A DNA stretch of 64,000 nt from Desulfobaccales bacterium (lineage in GTDB: Bacteria; Desulfobacterota; Desulfobaccia; Desulfobaccales; 0-14-0-80-60-11), in assembly GCA_041648175.1 (NCBI GenBank), contig JBAZPO010000005.1:101724-165723 (forward strand). The letters are read 5' to 3'. A model generated the notes under the pieces. That model worked only from the letters and a program-made list of their open reading frames with translations. It had not been told where the DNA came from and made no database searches. Shown here piece after piece: positions 8,056 through 17,300 of this stretch. Position 1 is the stretch's first letter, and every line of letters begins with the position of its first letter. Both the position numbers and the translations under genes were made by a program.

Positions 8056-9762
8056 CTAGCTTTGCGTTACCGGCAGCGGCACGCTGCCATCGACCACAAG
8101 GTTGATCAGGAAGGGTCCATCATGGTCCAACATGGCTTGAATCGCCGGGGCGATTTCAGCCGGTTGCGCGACACGGACCCCCGGCACTCCCATGGCTTTG
8201 GCCAGACCGACGAAACCCAGGTCCGGGTCGCGTAAATCAAAACAATCCGGAAAGGACACCGGCAAATCCTGCGGTTTGAGCCCCTTCGCCTGCCAGTAAT
8301 CTTGCAGATTAATCTTGAGTAAGCGGTAGCTGTGATTGTTGCAAATGACGAATTTGGCATTGATACGGTGATGGGCGGCAGTCCAAAGGGCCTGGATGGT
8401 GTACATCGAGCCCCCGTCACCGGTTAAGCCGATGACGGTGCGTTCGGGGTGCGCCAGTTTGATACCCAGAGCCCCAGGAATGCCGACCCCCAGAGAACCG
8501 CCGCGGGTCTGAAAGAATTGGCCGGGCAGATCGAGCGTCAACCAGCGGGTGAGCTCAGGTGAGTGGGTCAGCACCTCATCAAAGATAATGGCATCCTTGG
8601 GCAGCCGACGGCCCAGTTCCTCGGCGAAGGCCGACATGTGCAGCGGGACGGCATCCCGCACCTTGGCGTCTCTGGCTCTGGCATCTGCTGCAGCCCGGAG
8701 GTTGGCATCGCTTAGGGCTCGCCCCCGGACAGCCGCGGCGTTCCGCTGCACCGGTGTGGTGAGATCGGTTACCGCGTCAGCGAGTAACCTCAGGGTCAAC
8801 TTGGGGTCACTGACCAAACCGATGGTGACGGGATGGTTCTTGGCAATCTCATAGGCGTCGAGGTCGATGTGGATCAGCTTGGCGCCTGGCTTGAACGGGC
8901 TGGCCAGAGATGGAAAAACCTCTGGAAACACATAAGTGCCGCAGATGATAACCACGTCGGCATCAGCGACGTGGCGCGCGCTGGCGTAGCCGAACATATG
9001 ACCGGTGAGGCCGCAGTAGAGGGGATGGGATTGGGGGAGGTTGACCTCCGAGGAGTTCACCCCCCAAACCCCTGCGCCCAAGACTTCGGCCAATTGCGCC
9101 AGTTCAGCCTGCGCACCCGAGCGGGAAACACCGTCGCCCATCAGTATTAAAGGGTTCTCAGCCCGGCAAAGCATCTCGGCCGCGGCCGCAATGACCGCGG
9201 GCTCGGGCACCACCCGGGTCGTCGGGACTACGGTGGGTATAACCGGCTCGTCATTCGGTGCATCAAGAATGTCTTGGGGGACGGCCAAAAATACCGGCCC
9301 CGTCGGCGGGGTGGCAGCCATTTTGATGGCTCGGCGCAATAGGCGGAGCAAACTGCCAGCATGGACAACCCGGGCCGCATACTTGGTCACCGGCCGCGCC
9401 ATATCCACCAGGTTCGCCGACATCTGGGCATTCATGGCGTCATAAGCGATCCCGGCTTCCCCAGCTATCACCACCAGGGGCGCGTGCCCCCGGAAGGCCT
9501 GGTAGATCATGCCAATGGCATTACCCAGGCCAACGCCGTCATGGAGTTGGACTATTGCGGGTTGCTGGGTGGCCCGGCAATATCCGTCGGCCATGGCTAC
9601 CGCGATGGTTTCCTGCAACGCCAGAATGTACCGGACGTCGGGGAAGCGGGTCAGGGCGTCGATCAGACCTTCTTCGCTGCTTCCGGGGTTGCCGAACATA
9701 TATCGAATACCGTCAGCCCGCAGCTGCTCCAGAAGCTTTTCGTGACCGGTTTTCCGAGTCAT
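8056..9762 (-). CDS. Thiamine-diphosphate-dependent enzyme (benzoylformate-decarboxylase / acetolactate-synthase-like)
   Basis: N-terminal LLEQLRADGIRYMFGNPGSSE Pyr domain. C-terminal GLTGDGGSMYTIQALWTAAHHRINAKFVICNN ThDP-binding motif (GDG...NN). Confidence 0.9.
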   Translation of the reverse strand: MTRKTGHEKLLEQLRADGIRYMFGNPGSSEEGLIDALTRFPDVRYILALQETIAVAMADGYCRATQQPAIVQLHDGVGLGNAIGMIYQAFRGHAPLVVIAGEAGIAYDAMNAQMSANLVDMARPVTKYAARVVHAGSLLRLLRRAIKMAATPPTGPVFLAVPQDILDAPNDEPVIPTVVPTTRVVPEPAVIAAAAEMLCRAENPLILMGDGVSRSGAQAELAQLAEVLGAGVWGVNSSEVNLPQSHPLYCGLTGHMFGYASARHVADADVVIICGTYVFPEVFPSLASPFKPGAKLIHIDLDAYEIAKNHPVTIGLVSDPKLTLRLLADAVTDLTTPVQRNAAAVRGRALSDANLRAAADARARDAKVRDAVPLHMSAFAEELGRRLPKDAIIFDEVLTHSPELTRWLTLDLPGQFFQTRGGSLGVGIPGALGIKLAHPERTVIGLTGDGGSMYTIQALWTAAHHRINAKFVICNNHSYRLLKINLQDYWQAKGLKPQDLPVSFPDCFDLRDPDLGFVGLAKAMGVPGVRVAQPAEIAPAIQAMLDHDGPFLINLVVDGSVPLPVTQS

Positions 9763-9829
9763 CGTAGCAACCCTCCCCCTGGTCGGCCGGGATGGTGGTG
9801 GTTGGGACCATTGCTATCCAGCAATTGGG

Positions 9830-10675
9830 TCACCACCCGTAGCGCCTCAGACCCCGTTCCAAGGCTGCCACCACCATCTCGCCGGTGAGATAAGAGTCAG
9901 GCGTGGAGCGACCGGTAATGAACGGATAGTCAACGATCACCGAGGTTTCCCGGCCAACGTTGCCATGGTAACCACCGTTCGGACCGGTGGCATCCCGCAA
10001 AATATATTCCAGAGGATATGGGGGCGGTCCCATATTGAAGTCCAAGAACTTATCCCGGGCCACCATAAAGCCGGTGCCATCCAGGTAGTCATACTCTTTA
10101 CAATGTCCGGTAACGTGCTTGCCCCAGATGATGCTCTTGCGGTCATCGAGATTGCGGGCAAAGGCGAGACAGGTGACGCCGTAGCACTCCGCCGCCACCG
10201 GCTTGTCGAATCTCAGGAAACCGAAGATCAGATCATGCACCCGGTGGTTGTTGGCCAGGTCCACGAGAGGTCCGCTCCCGCCCACGATCAGCAGGGCGTC
10301 GTATTGCTGCACTTGCTCCTGGGCCTTGGCCACATCCCGGTAGTAAGCCTCCCACTTGCGCAGGACATCGGACGCGCTCCAGTAAGGCTGCATGGGGAAC
10401 CAGGTAGAGAGGTTAACCGGGTTATCCAGGCGGGGGTTGCCCGGGTCATCAATAGCTTGCACCTTCTTCGCCATTTCCGGACTTGTGACTGACCGGCCCA
10501 AGGGCGGATCGACGTAACTGGCGTCTTTGCTGACGCTGATGGCCACGGGCCGCTTCCCGGTGGGCGTGGCAAAAACCGTCGCATAGCCGGCTGCGTCGAA
10601 GGTTTCCATGGGCCCAATTAGTTCTTCGCCCCAAAATCCCCATTCCGAGAGCACGATCAGGATCTTTCCACTCAT
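9830..10675 (-). CDS. DJ-1/PfpI-like (class I glutamine-amidotransferase-fold) protein, long form
   Basis: KILIVLSEWGFWGEELIGP opening, LLIVGGSGP, and nucleophile-elbow-like VAAECYGVTCL. GGGAGGG SD. Confidence 0.7.
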   Translation of the reverse strand: MSGKILIVLSEWGFWGEELIGPMETFDAAGYATVFATPTGKRPVAISVSKDASYVDPPLGRSVTSPEMAKKVQAIDDPGNPRLDNPVNLSTWFPMQPYWSASDVLRKWEAYYRDVAKAQEQVQQYDALLIVGGSGPLVDLANNHRVHDLIFGFLRFDKPVAAECYGVTCLAFARNLDDRKSIIWGKHVTGHCKEYDYLDGTGFMVARDKFLDFNMGPPPYPLEYILRDATGPNGGYHGNVGRETSVIVDYPFITGRSTPDSYLTGEMVVAALERGLRRYGW

Positions 10676-10680
10676 ATGAA

Positions 10681-11322
10681 TCAGCCCTCCCTCGCCGACA
10701 AGTTTAAAATCTGTTGAGCAATCGCCAGGATAAACGGCAGCACCTCATGCCAGGTGTGCCCCGTCACCAGGTCGCGGTCTACCACTACGCCCGCGTTTTC
10801 CGCATCAGGTGGTATATATTGAGCCCCGCAATTCAACACATCCGCCAGCATCACTTCATGGCAGATCACCTTGCGCCCTTTAAGCAACTCCGGGTTGGGA
10901 GTCAGAATCCACAGCCCGTGGCACAGCGCCCCTTTGATAGTTCTGGGGTTAGCCATGGCCCGGGCAAAAAACTGCACCGCCGGGGCGGACCGGACCATAT
11001 CGGCCGAGAACGGTTGTCCTGCGGGCCGCTCGAAATAACGCAACCGCACGCTGGTGTAGTTGGCCGCCATGATGACCGCGGCGTACTCATCCATGTTGAT
11101 TTTTTGAAAATCTTTGTCCACCTCCAATGTGACCGGGGTGTTGCCGGCGTGCTCCACGTCGCTGACAAAGGTTTGACTGGGCTGGTTCCAGAGGCGAGAC
11201 ATGAAATGGACTTCCGCTCCCAGGGCGGCAAAGCCATAGCGATAGGCCTCGATCTCCCCCGGGACGAATTCGCTCTCCACCAGCACCGCGATCTTTTTCC
11301 CTTCCAGCATCCTGCTGTTCAT
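10681..11322 (-). CDS. DJ-1/PfpI family protein
   Basis: KKIAVLVESEF, AVIMAANY, and IKGALCHGLWIL (Cys-His nucleophile elbow). Track start 11337 is a TTG. ATG 11322 has a GGAGAGAGG SD and forms an ATGA overlap with the upstream stop. Confidence 0.8.
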   Translation of the reverse strand: MNSRMLEGKKIAVLVESEFVPGEIEAYRYGFAALGAEVHFMSRLWNQPSQTFVSDVEHAGNTPVTLEVDKDFQKINMDEYAAVIMAANYTSVRLRYFERPAGQPFSADMVRSAPAVQFFARAMANPRTIKGALCHGLWILTPNPELLKGRKVICHEVMLADVLNCGAQYIPPDAENAGVVVDRDLVTGHTWHEVLPFILAIAQQILNLSAREG

Positions 11323-13313
11323 GTTGCCTCTCTCCAAATTGGCCGGAATTCCACCACGACCTGTGACCCGAGTTCATCGGCAGCCAACTCCACCCGGAAA
11401 TTGTCCGGGGAAAAACTGGTCCGCGGGATGCCGTTCACGGTAATGCCGGATATTTGCACAGTACCGGGGGCGTAAAAGTCGGGGAGCACATTGAGCGAGG
11501 TGCAGCCGCATTGCGCATCCGGACAGAAATACAGGCAGAAGTTGGAGTCGGTCGTATCCTTGCCTTTCACGAACGAGCGGATGTAGATGTGTGCCAGATA
11601 GTTCAACTCAAAGCTATGATAACCCGCTACTGAATGTCCGCCTTTTTGGGCATAGGGTCCCCTCTCTACCGGCTGGCCTTCAGCGGTCACCCGGAAGAAG
11701 ATGCCGCGGTTATCATGGTCCAGGAAGAATATATTCCAGAACGCCGCCATCTCCCGGGCCAGCGTCAGGTATCTGGCATCATTGGTGGCCCCGTGCAGGA
11801 TCAGGTACGCCAAGATACCCTGCTCCTGCTGCCAGAAATCCTTGGTGTTGCCCCAGACGAACTCAAGGGGTAATTTATCCGGCGTCCGGCGCTCGACTAC
11901 GTCGAAGCAGCCTCCCCGCACCTGGTCTAAACCATAGATTGCCATCTTATCCGCCAGCTTTTTCGCCAGACTCAGAAAATCGTTGGCAAGCTGTTCGTGC
12001 TGTTGGGCGTTGTTATTCTCGCCCTGGCGGCGGTTCTCGACTGCCAGGTAGCGGTAGTAATTGGCGACCCTGGTCAGATTCCAGGCGATCTTCAGGTTGT
12101 GCCCCACGACGGCCCGGTTCTGCTGCCAGCGCCAGTGATGATCCGGGGTCCAATCCGCATGGAACCGCTCGTTGACATAGTGCGAATCCGGGTCTGGAAA
12201 CTTCTCCAGGATCAGCCTGGCAGTGGTGTCCAGGATTTTGCGGCAGGTGCGCAGAAGCTGCTCCATTTCGTGAGGCGGCGGGTCCAGGGCCAGAACGAGG
12301 TTGACCAGATAGGCGGGAATGTGGTCCCCGATGGAGTTCCAGTTTTTCCGCAACCGATTATCGCCCAGCGCCTCCACATCCGGCCGCAACGTGGCGTAGT
12401 CGATATGAGAGAAATACCCCCCTAATCCACCGTAACCGTTTTCGGGCGAATCCAGATAATGGGTCTGGAAGACGTTCACGGTCCGCTCAATGTCCTCCAA
12501 CACTTCCCAATCCTGGGTAATCCGATAGTACTGGGCCATACCGGCCAGGGCGTAAATCTGTTCATAGAGCGGGATCGTGCCGTAGTCGTCAGCATTCTCC
12601 GAGGCCATGATGATCTTGGCTCCGATGTCTTTCTTGCGCTTGCCGAAGTTCCAGAAACAGCGTCGGCCATCATGACTCAGACTGCGGAAGGTTTCCCGCT
12701 GATACTTGATGCCTGCCTTAGCAGCCAACCGAAACCGCTCCTGGCCGGTCAAGAGATAAGCGGAAGACAATCCGTAGATCAAGCGGGATAGGGTGGCGCA
12801 CTCCTGGATATTGTTGTCGCCCACGGGCAGGCCCAGGATGTTTAGGTTGGTCCGGTACAGTGCCGCGAAATCGTCCAGTTGATAGGTGCGCCGGTCGCCG
12901 AACAGGTCGTCCAGCCACTCCTCCCCCAGGCGGGTGATCTGGTTGATCCACCAGTGGGTTTCCTCGAAGAGGTATTTTCCCGGTTCGGAATGCATCAAGG
13001 TGATGAAGCGAGCGTCAAAGCGCCTCTCATCCTCGTGCTCCATATAAATTCCCTGGATGACGACGAGGGCATCTTCATGAAGGTATTTGCGCACCATCTC
13101 GGATGGACCGGCGTCTGGATTATAGTTCGGAGGAGCAGTCACGCGGTCGCGGTTCAGTTCGTCTAAATTGGTAAGAACCCCGAACACAGTCTGAGGACTC
13201 ACATAGATCAGGTAACCGTCCCCGCTGCGACAACGGAGGGTGAAAGACGCTTCTACCGGGTTAACACTCGTCACCGTTCCCATCAGTGTCGTGCTCTGCG
13301 TTAAATATTTCAT
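11319..13313 (-). CDS. AGE-superfamily (N-acylglucosamine-2-epimerase-like, alpha/alpha-toroid) protein with an extra ~110-aa N-terminal domain
   Basis: Repeating helical-hairpin motifs (ECATLSRLIYGLSSAY, YEQIYALAGMAQYY, NWNSIGDHIPAYLVNL, HNLKIAWNLTRVANYY, QQEQGILAYLILH) as in AGE/YihS-type isomerases. First gene of the minus-strand cluster. Confidence 0.65.
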   Translation of the reverse strand: MKYLTQSTTLMGTVTSVNPVEASFTLRCRSGDGYLIYVSPQTVFGVLTNLDELNRDRVTAPPNYNPDAGPSEMVRKYLHEDALVVIQGIYMEHEDERRFDARFITLMHSEPGKYLFEETHWWINQITRLGEEWLDDLFGDRRTYQLDDFAALYRTNLNILGLPVGDNNIQECATLSRLIYGLSSAYLLTGQERFRLAAKAGIKYQRETFRSLSHDGRRCFWNFGKRKKDIGAKIIMASENADDYGTIPLYEQIYALAGMAQYYRITQDWEVLEDIERTVNVFQTHYLDSPENGYGGLGGYFSHIDYATLRPDVEALGDNRLRKNWNSIGDHIPAYLVNLVLALDPPPHEMEQLLRTCRKILDTTARLILEKFPDPDSHYVNERFHADWTPDHHWRWQQNRAVVGHNLKIAWNLTRVANYYRYLAVENRRQGENNNAQQHEQLANDFLSLAKKLADKMAIYGLDQVRGGCFDVVERRTPDKLPLEFVWGNTKDFWQQEQGILAYLILHGATNDARYLTLAREMAAFWNIFFLDHDNRGIFFRVTAEGQPVERGPYAQKGGHSVAGYHSFELNYLAHIYIRSFVKGKDTTDSNFCLYFCPDAQCGCTSLNVLPDFYAPGTVQISGITVNGIPRTSFSPDNFRVELAADELGSQVVVEFRPIWREAT

Positions 13314-14115
13314 AGTTCGCTCCGTAGTTGGAACCCTGGTTCCCTGAAGGACTTTTTATGTAACCATTGATGCTATTAAGTTTAAGTAATTTAGCAGATA
13401 ATTAAGCATGGCTGAACAAGATGTCAATGATAATTAACAAAGTTATTACTTTGAATAAATTAATTATGTAATATCTAATTTATTTAATTTAATAAAAAAA
13501 TAATTGATATAAACGCTGGTTCGAAATTGGTCTCAAGGGCGTTTTTGAAGCTATATTTAAATTAAATTGCTTATAATCATCAATCACATTCATCGTAAAT
13601 TATATAAAGAAAGATATCTTTTTATTCTGGTTATAACGATATGTACGGCTACATATCAGATCAATTAGGGTTTTCCCTATATGAGGATGATCAAAGTGAT
13701 CATTTCATATGGCCAAAATGATCATAAGGAGATCGACTGGATGGTCCACAGTTTGAAAAATCTGTCTTTTCCGTAGTGGTGGGATTGTTAAGCAGAAATC
13801 ACAGCCAGAGGACTCTGAACGCTTATTGCTCAGACTCATTGACAATATTTGGCGGAATGCTTAATTTTTAGCTGACTTTATCTCCCATAATTCTTAAGGT
13901 GAGGGAGGTGACGTAATGAAGGGAAAGAGGCTGATTTAACGGGTTGCCTTTCTGGCCTTTCTGCTTCATCTCTTTTACCGCCGCATCAACCCCTTCAGAG
14001 GGGCGCCTCGTTTTATACCCCACCCATGATTATATTGATTAGGGCAAGGATCGCCGCTAAGGTGAAAAAGACAAAGGGTTGGCGATCTTGAAGAATTTTG
14101 AGGAGTGGAGGAGAA
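13314..14115. promoter_or_regulatory. AT-rich ~0.8-kb divergent intergenic control region
   Basis: Visibly AT-rich compared with both flanks, with no ORF of 60 aa or more. Separates the divergent starts at 13313 (-) and 14116 (+). Contains three TGATCA hexamers within ~45 nt (about 13681..13730). Confidence 0.5.
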
Positions 14116-14358
14116 ATGACTGCCTCGTTTCGACAAGAAAAACTTTCCGGCGTGCTAGGAATTCTCTGTTTCTTGTTGTTGAGCTACCCTTTATTGAAAA
14201 TTTTTAATCACGACGCCTTAATTACAGGAGTCCCACTCTTATTTTTGTACATCTTCGGGGTCTGGGTTTTGGCGATAATCGGTCTCTATGGAATGAGCCG
14301 CAGGTTTGCTTCTCCGGAGCTGGCAGGCCAACAGGAGCCGGAAGGCCATGATCAGTGA
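14116..14358 (+). CDS. Small two-TM membrane protein, translationally coupled to the sensor kinase
   Basis: GGAGTGGAGGAG SD before ATG 14116 (track start 14098 is a TTG). Two hydrophobic helices (VLGILCFLLLSYPLL and LLFLYIFGVWVLAIIGLYG). Its stop overlaps the kinase start by 11 nt. Confidence 0.55.
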   Translation: MTASFRQEKLSGVLGILCFLLLSYPLLKIFNHDALITGVPLLFLYIFGVWVLAIIGLYGMSRRFASPELAGQQEPEGHDQ

Positions 14359-17300
14359 ATGGTCTTTAGCACTCGTCGCCTTTGGCTATCTCTTGCTGCT
14401 CTTTGCCATCGCCTATTATGGCGACCGGCAACGGGCCCGGGGCAAGAGCATTATTGCCAATCCCTATATCTATGCCCTTTCTCTGGCAGTTTATTGCACT
14501 GCCTGGACTTTTTTCGGCAGTGTCGGCAAAGCGGCCACCCAGGGTGTCACCTGCCTCACTATTTATCTCGGCCCCACCCTCATAGCCTTTACCTGGTGGT
14601 TCGGCCTGCGTAAGCTGCTGCGCATCTGCAAGGAAAATAACCTGACCACCATGTCGGATTTCCTGACGCTGCGGTACGGCAAGGGGGCCTTTCTGGGGGT
14701 GCTGGCCACCATAGGCATGCTCCTGGCCATAACTCCCTATATCGGCCTGCAGCTTAAGTCCATCTCCGACACTTTCAATGTCCTGGCTTATAAAGAAGTT
14801 TTTCCTCCCGTCACCACCCCGGTTTATCAAGATACCGCCTTTTATGTGGCCATTCTGCTGTCCGTGTTCGGTATTTTGTTCGGGGCCCGCCATTTGGACC
14901 CCACTGAGCGCCACGAAGGCCTGGTAGCGGTAGTGGTGTTTGAGTCCCTGATCGAACTTCTGGCTTTTACCAGTTTAGGCCTCCTGGTGACGTTCGGTCT
15001 TTTCACGGGTTGGGGAGAAATTTTCACGCGTATCCGGCAGAGCCCCGAATTTCAGCAGCTTCTCCTGGTGAACACCGGGCCTCAGAACAGCTATTCTTTG
15101 TTGCTGGTGCTCACCCTTCTGGCCATGGGCGCCATCCATTTTCTTCCCCGCATGTTTCATATGGCGGTAGTAGAGAATACCAATGAAAGGCACATTCTCA
15201 CGGCGCTCTGGCTATTTCCCCTCTACCTGTTGTTGATGAACCTGTTTGTCATGCCCATCGCCTTCGGCGGACTGCTGCTGGGTCTCCCTCCGGAAACGGC
15301 CGATACCTTTGTCCTGCGCATTCCTTTGCAAACCGGACATCCTTATTTTGCCCTTCTGGTCTTTCTGGGGGGGCTGTCGGCCTCCACCGCTATGGTGGCG
15401 GTGGCCTCCATCGCCGTCACCACCATGATCCTCAATAGCCTGGTGATGCCGCTGGCCATCCGGCTAAGATTGCAAGAGCGTATCACCCCCCATCTTTTGA
15501 CTATCAAGCGGGCCGGCATTTTTTTCCTCATTTTTTTGGGATATTTTGGCTATCACCTGGTATTCCCTACCGTCATGCTGGTGGACATCGGACTGATCGC
15601 CTTTTGCGGGGTGATGCAATTGGCGCCGGCCATGATCGGGGCCTTGTACTGGCGGGATGCCACCAGGTGGGGGGCAATGGCTGGTTTGGCATCAGGTTTT
15701 CTTGTCTGGGCCTACACCCTGGTCTTCCCCTATCTGGTTGAAGCAGGGTGGTTCCCTATCAGTATCTTATCGGAGGGACCCTTCCACCTGGCTTTTCTCA
15801 AGCCCACCGCTTTCTTAGGGCTGACCGGTCTGGATCGGCTCTCCCATGCCTTTTTCTGGTCCTTGTTTTTTAATGCCGGCACTTTTGTCACCGTCTCATT
15901 GCTCACGGTGCCCAGTTCCGTGGAATTGGAGCAGGCCCGGCGGTTTGTCGGGGTGTTTGAACAGGAACGAGAACGACCCATAGAGAAGCGCTTAACGTAT
16001 TTGCCGAGCCTGGAGCAGCTGACGGAATTTATGGGGAAGATCATCGGCCACCGGAAGGCCGCCCAGGCACGACGAGCCTTTCTCCGGGGGGTGACGACTC
16101 CTGAAGCCGAGTGGGGTGACAAGGAAAAGCTCCAGTTGGCGGATTTTATTGAGCGCACCATTGCAGGCTCCATCGGACCAGCGGCGGCCAAGGTCATAGT
16201 GGAAGGCTACCTCTCCTCAATGGGCTCCAAGATGGAGGACGTTTTTGACCTCTTCGGACGGATCTCCAGCTCTTTAGAAGAAAGCGAACAACAATTAAAG
16301 AGACGGGTAAGTGAACTCTCGGTGCTCTACGAAGCGGCCCGCCGCCTGGCTTCAACGTTATATTTTCCGGAAATCCTGGATGGAGTGCTGGGGGTGCTGG
16401 TGGAGAAATTAGACGTTGAAAGATGTGCCGTGCGGCTCTTGGACGAAGATGGCCTTCTGCATTTGAAAGCTTTCCGGGGCCTTCCGCCTGAGGTTCGGGG
16501 GCAGGTGGGAAAGCCCGATCCAGCTTCTCTATTGGGGGAATGTTTGTCGAGCTCCCAGGTAATTTCGGTGCCTGATTCCGCCGCAGTGGCTGATCGCCTC
16601 CAGGGACTGGTGGAAGAAGAAGCTTTGACTTCCTTGGTTTTGGCCCCCATCATTGCAGAAACCCTGACCCTGGGGGTATTGACCGCGGCCAGCAGTCAGA
16701 AGGGTTTTTTTACCAAGGAATACATTCAGTTCTTTCAATCGCTGGCCGGGCATTTGGGACTGGCGGTGCGGAGCGCCAACATGGAGGAGGCGCTGCGCCT
16801 GGATGAGTCTCGTCTTGAGGCGGTCTGGCAACTCAGCCAGATGACCAAGGCCACGCTGCAAGAGATTACCGATTTCGCCCTGGAGGAAGGAGTCCGGCTT
16901 ACCAAAAGCAAGATCGGTTACCTGGCCTTCATGAACGAGGACGCAACGGTCCTCACTATGCAAGCCTGGTCTAAGACCGCCATGGCGGAATGCGCCGTGG
17001 CGGATAAACCCTTTGTTTTTCCTGTGGAGACCACGGGGCTCTGGGGTGAAGCCGTGCGCCAGCGGCGGCCCATCATTACCAATGATTATGCCGCGTTTAG
17101 TCCTTATAAGAAAGGCTATCCCGCAGGTCATGTCGAAATCCGGCGTCATCTGAATATTCCGGTATTCGACGGGAACCGCATCGTGGTGGTGGCTGGCGTG
17201 GGCAACAAGGAGGAAGAATATGATGAATCGGACGTCCGTCAGCTGACTTTATTGATGAACGGCCTGTGGTGGCAGATAAAACGCCAGCAAACCGAAAAGG

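Noticed and set aside
13916-13939. A 7-codon mini-ORF (MKGKRLI) with a strong SD, considered as a standalone feature.
   Set aside because: It is too short to support as a gene from sequence alone. It is kept only as a remark inside the AT-rich-region finding.
14306-14347. The upstream extension of the sensor kinase ORF (MLLRSWQANRSRKA).
   Set aside because: It lies within the coding region of the small membrane protein in another frame. ATG 14348 begins directly with the first transmembrane helix and gives a typical coupled overlap.
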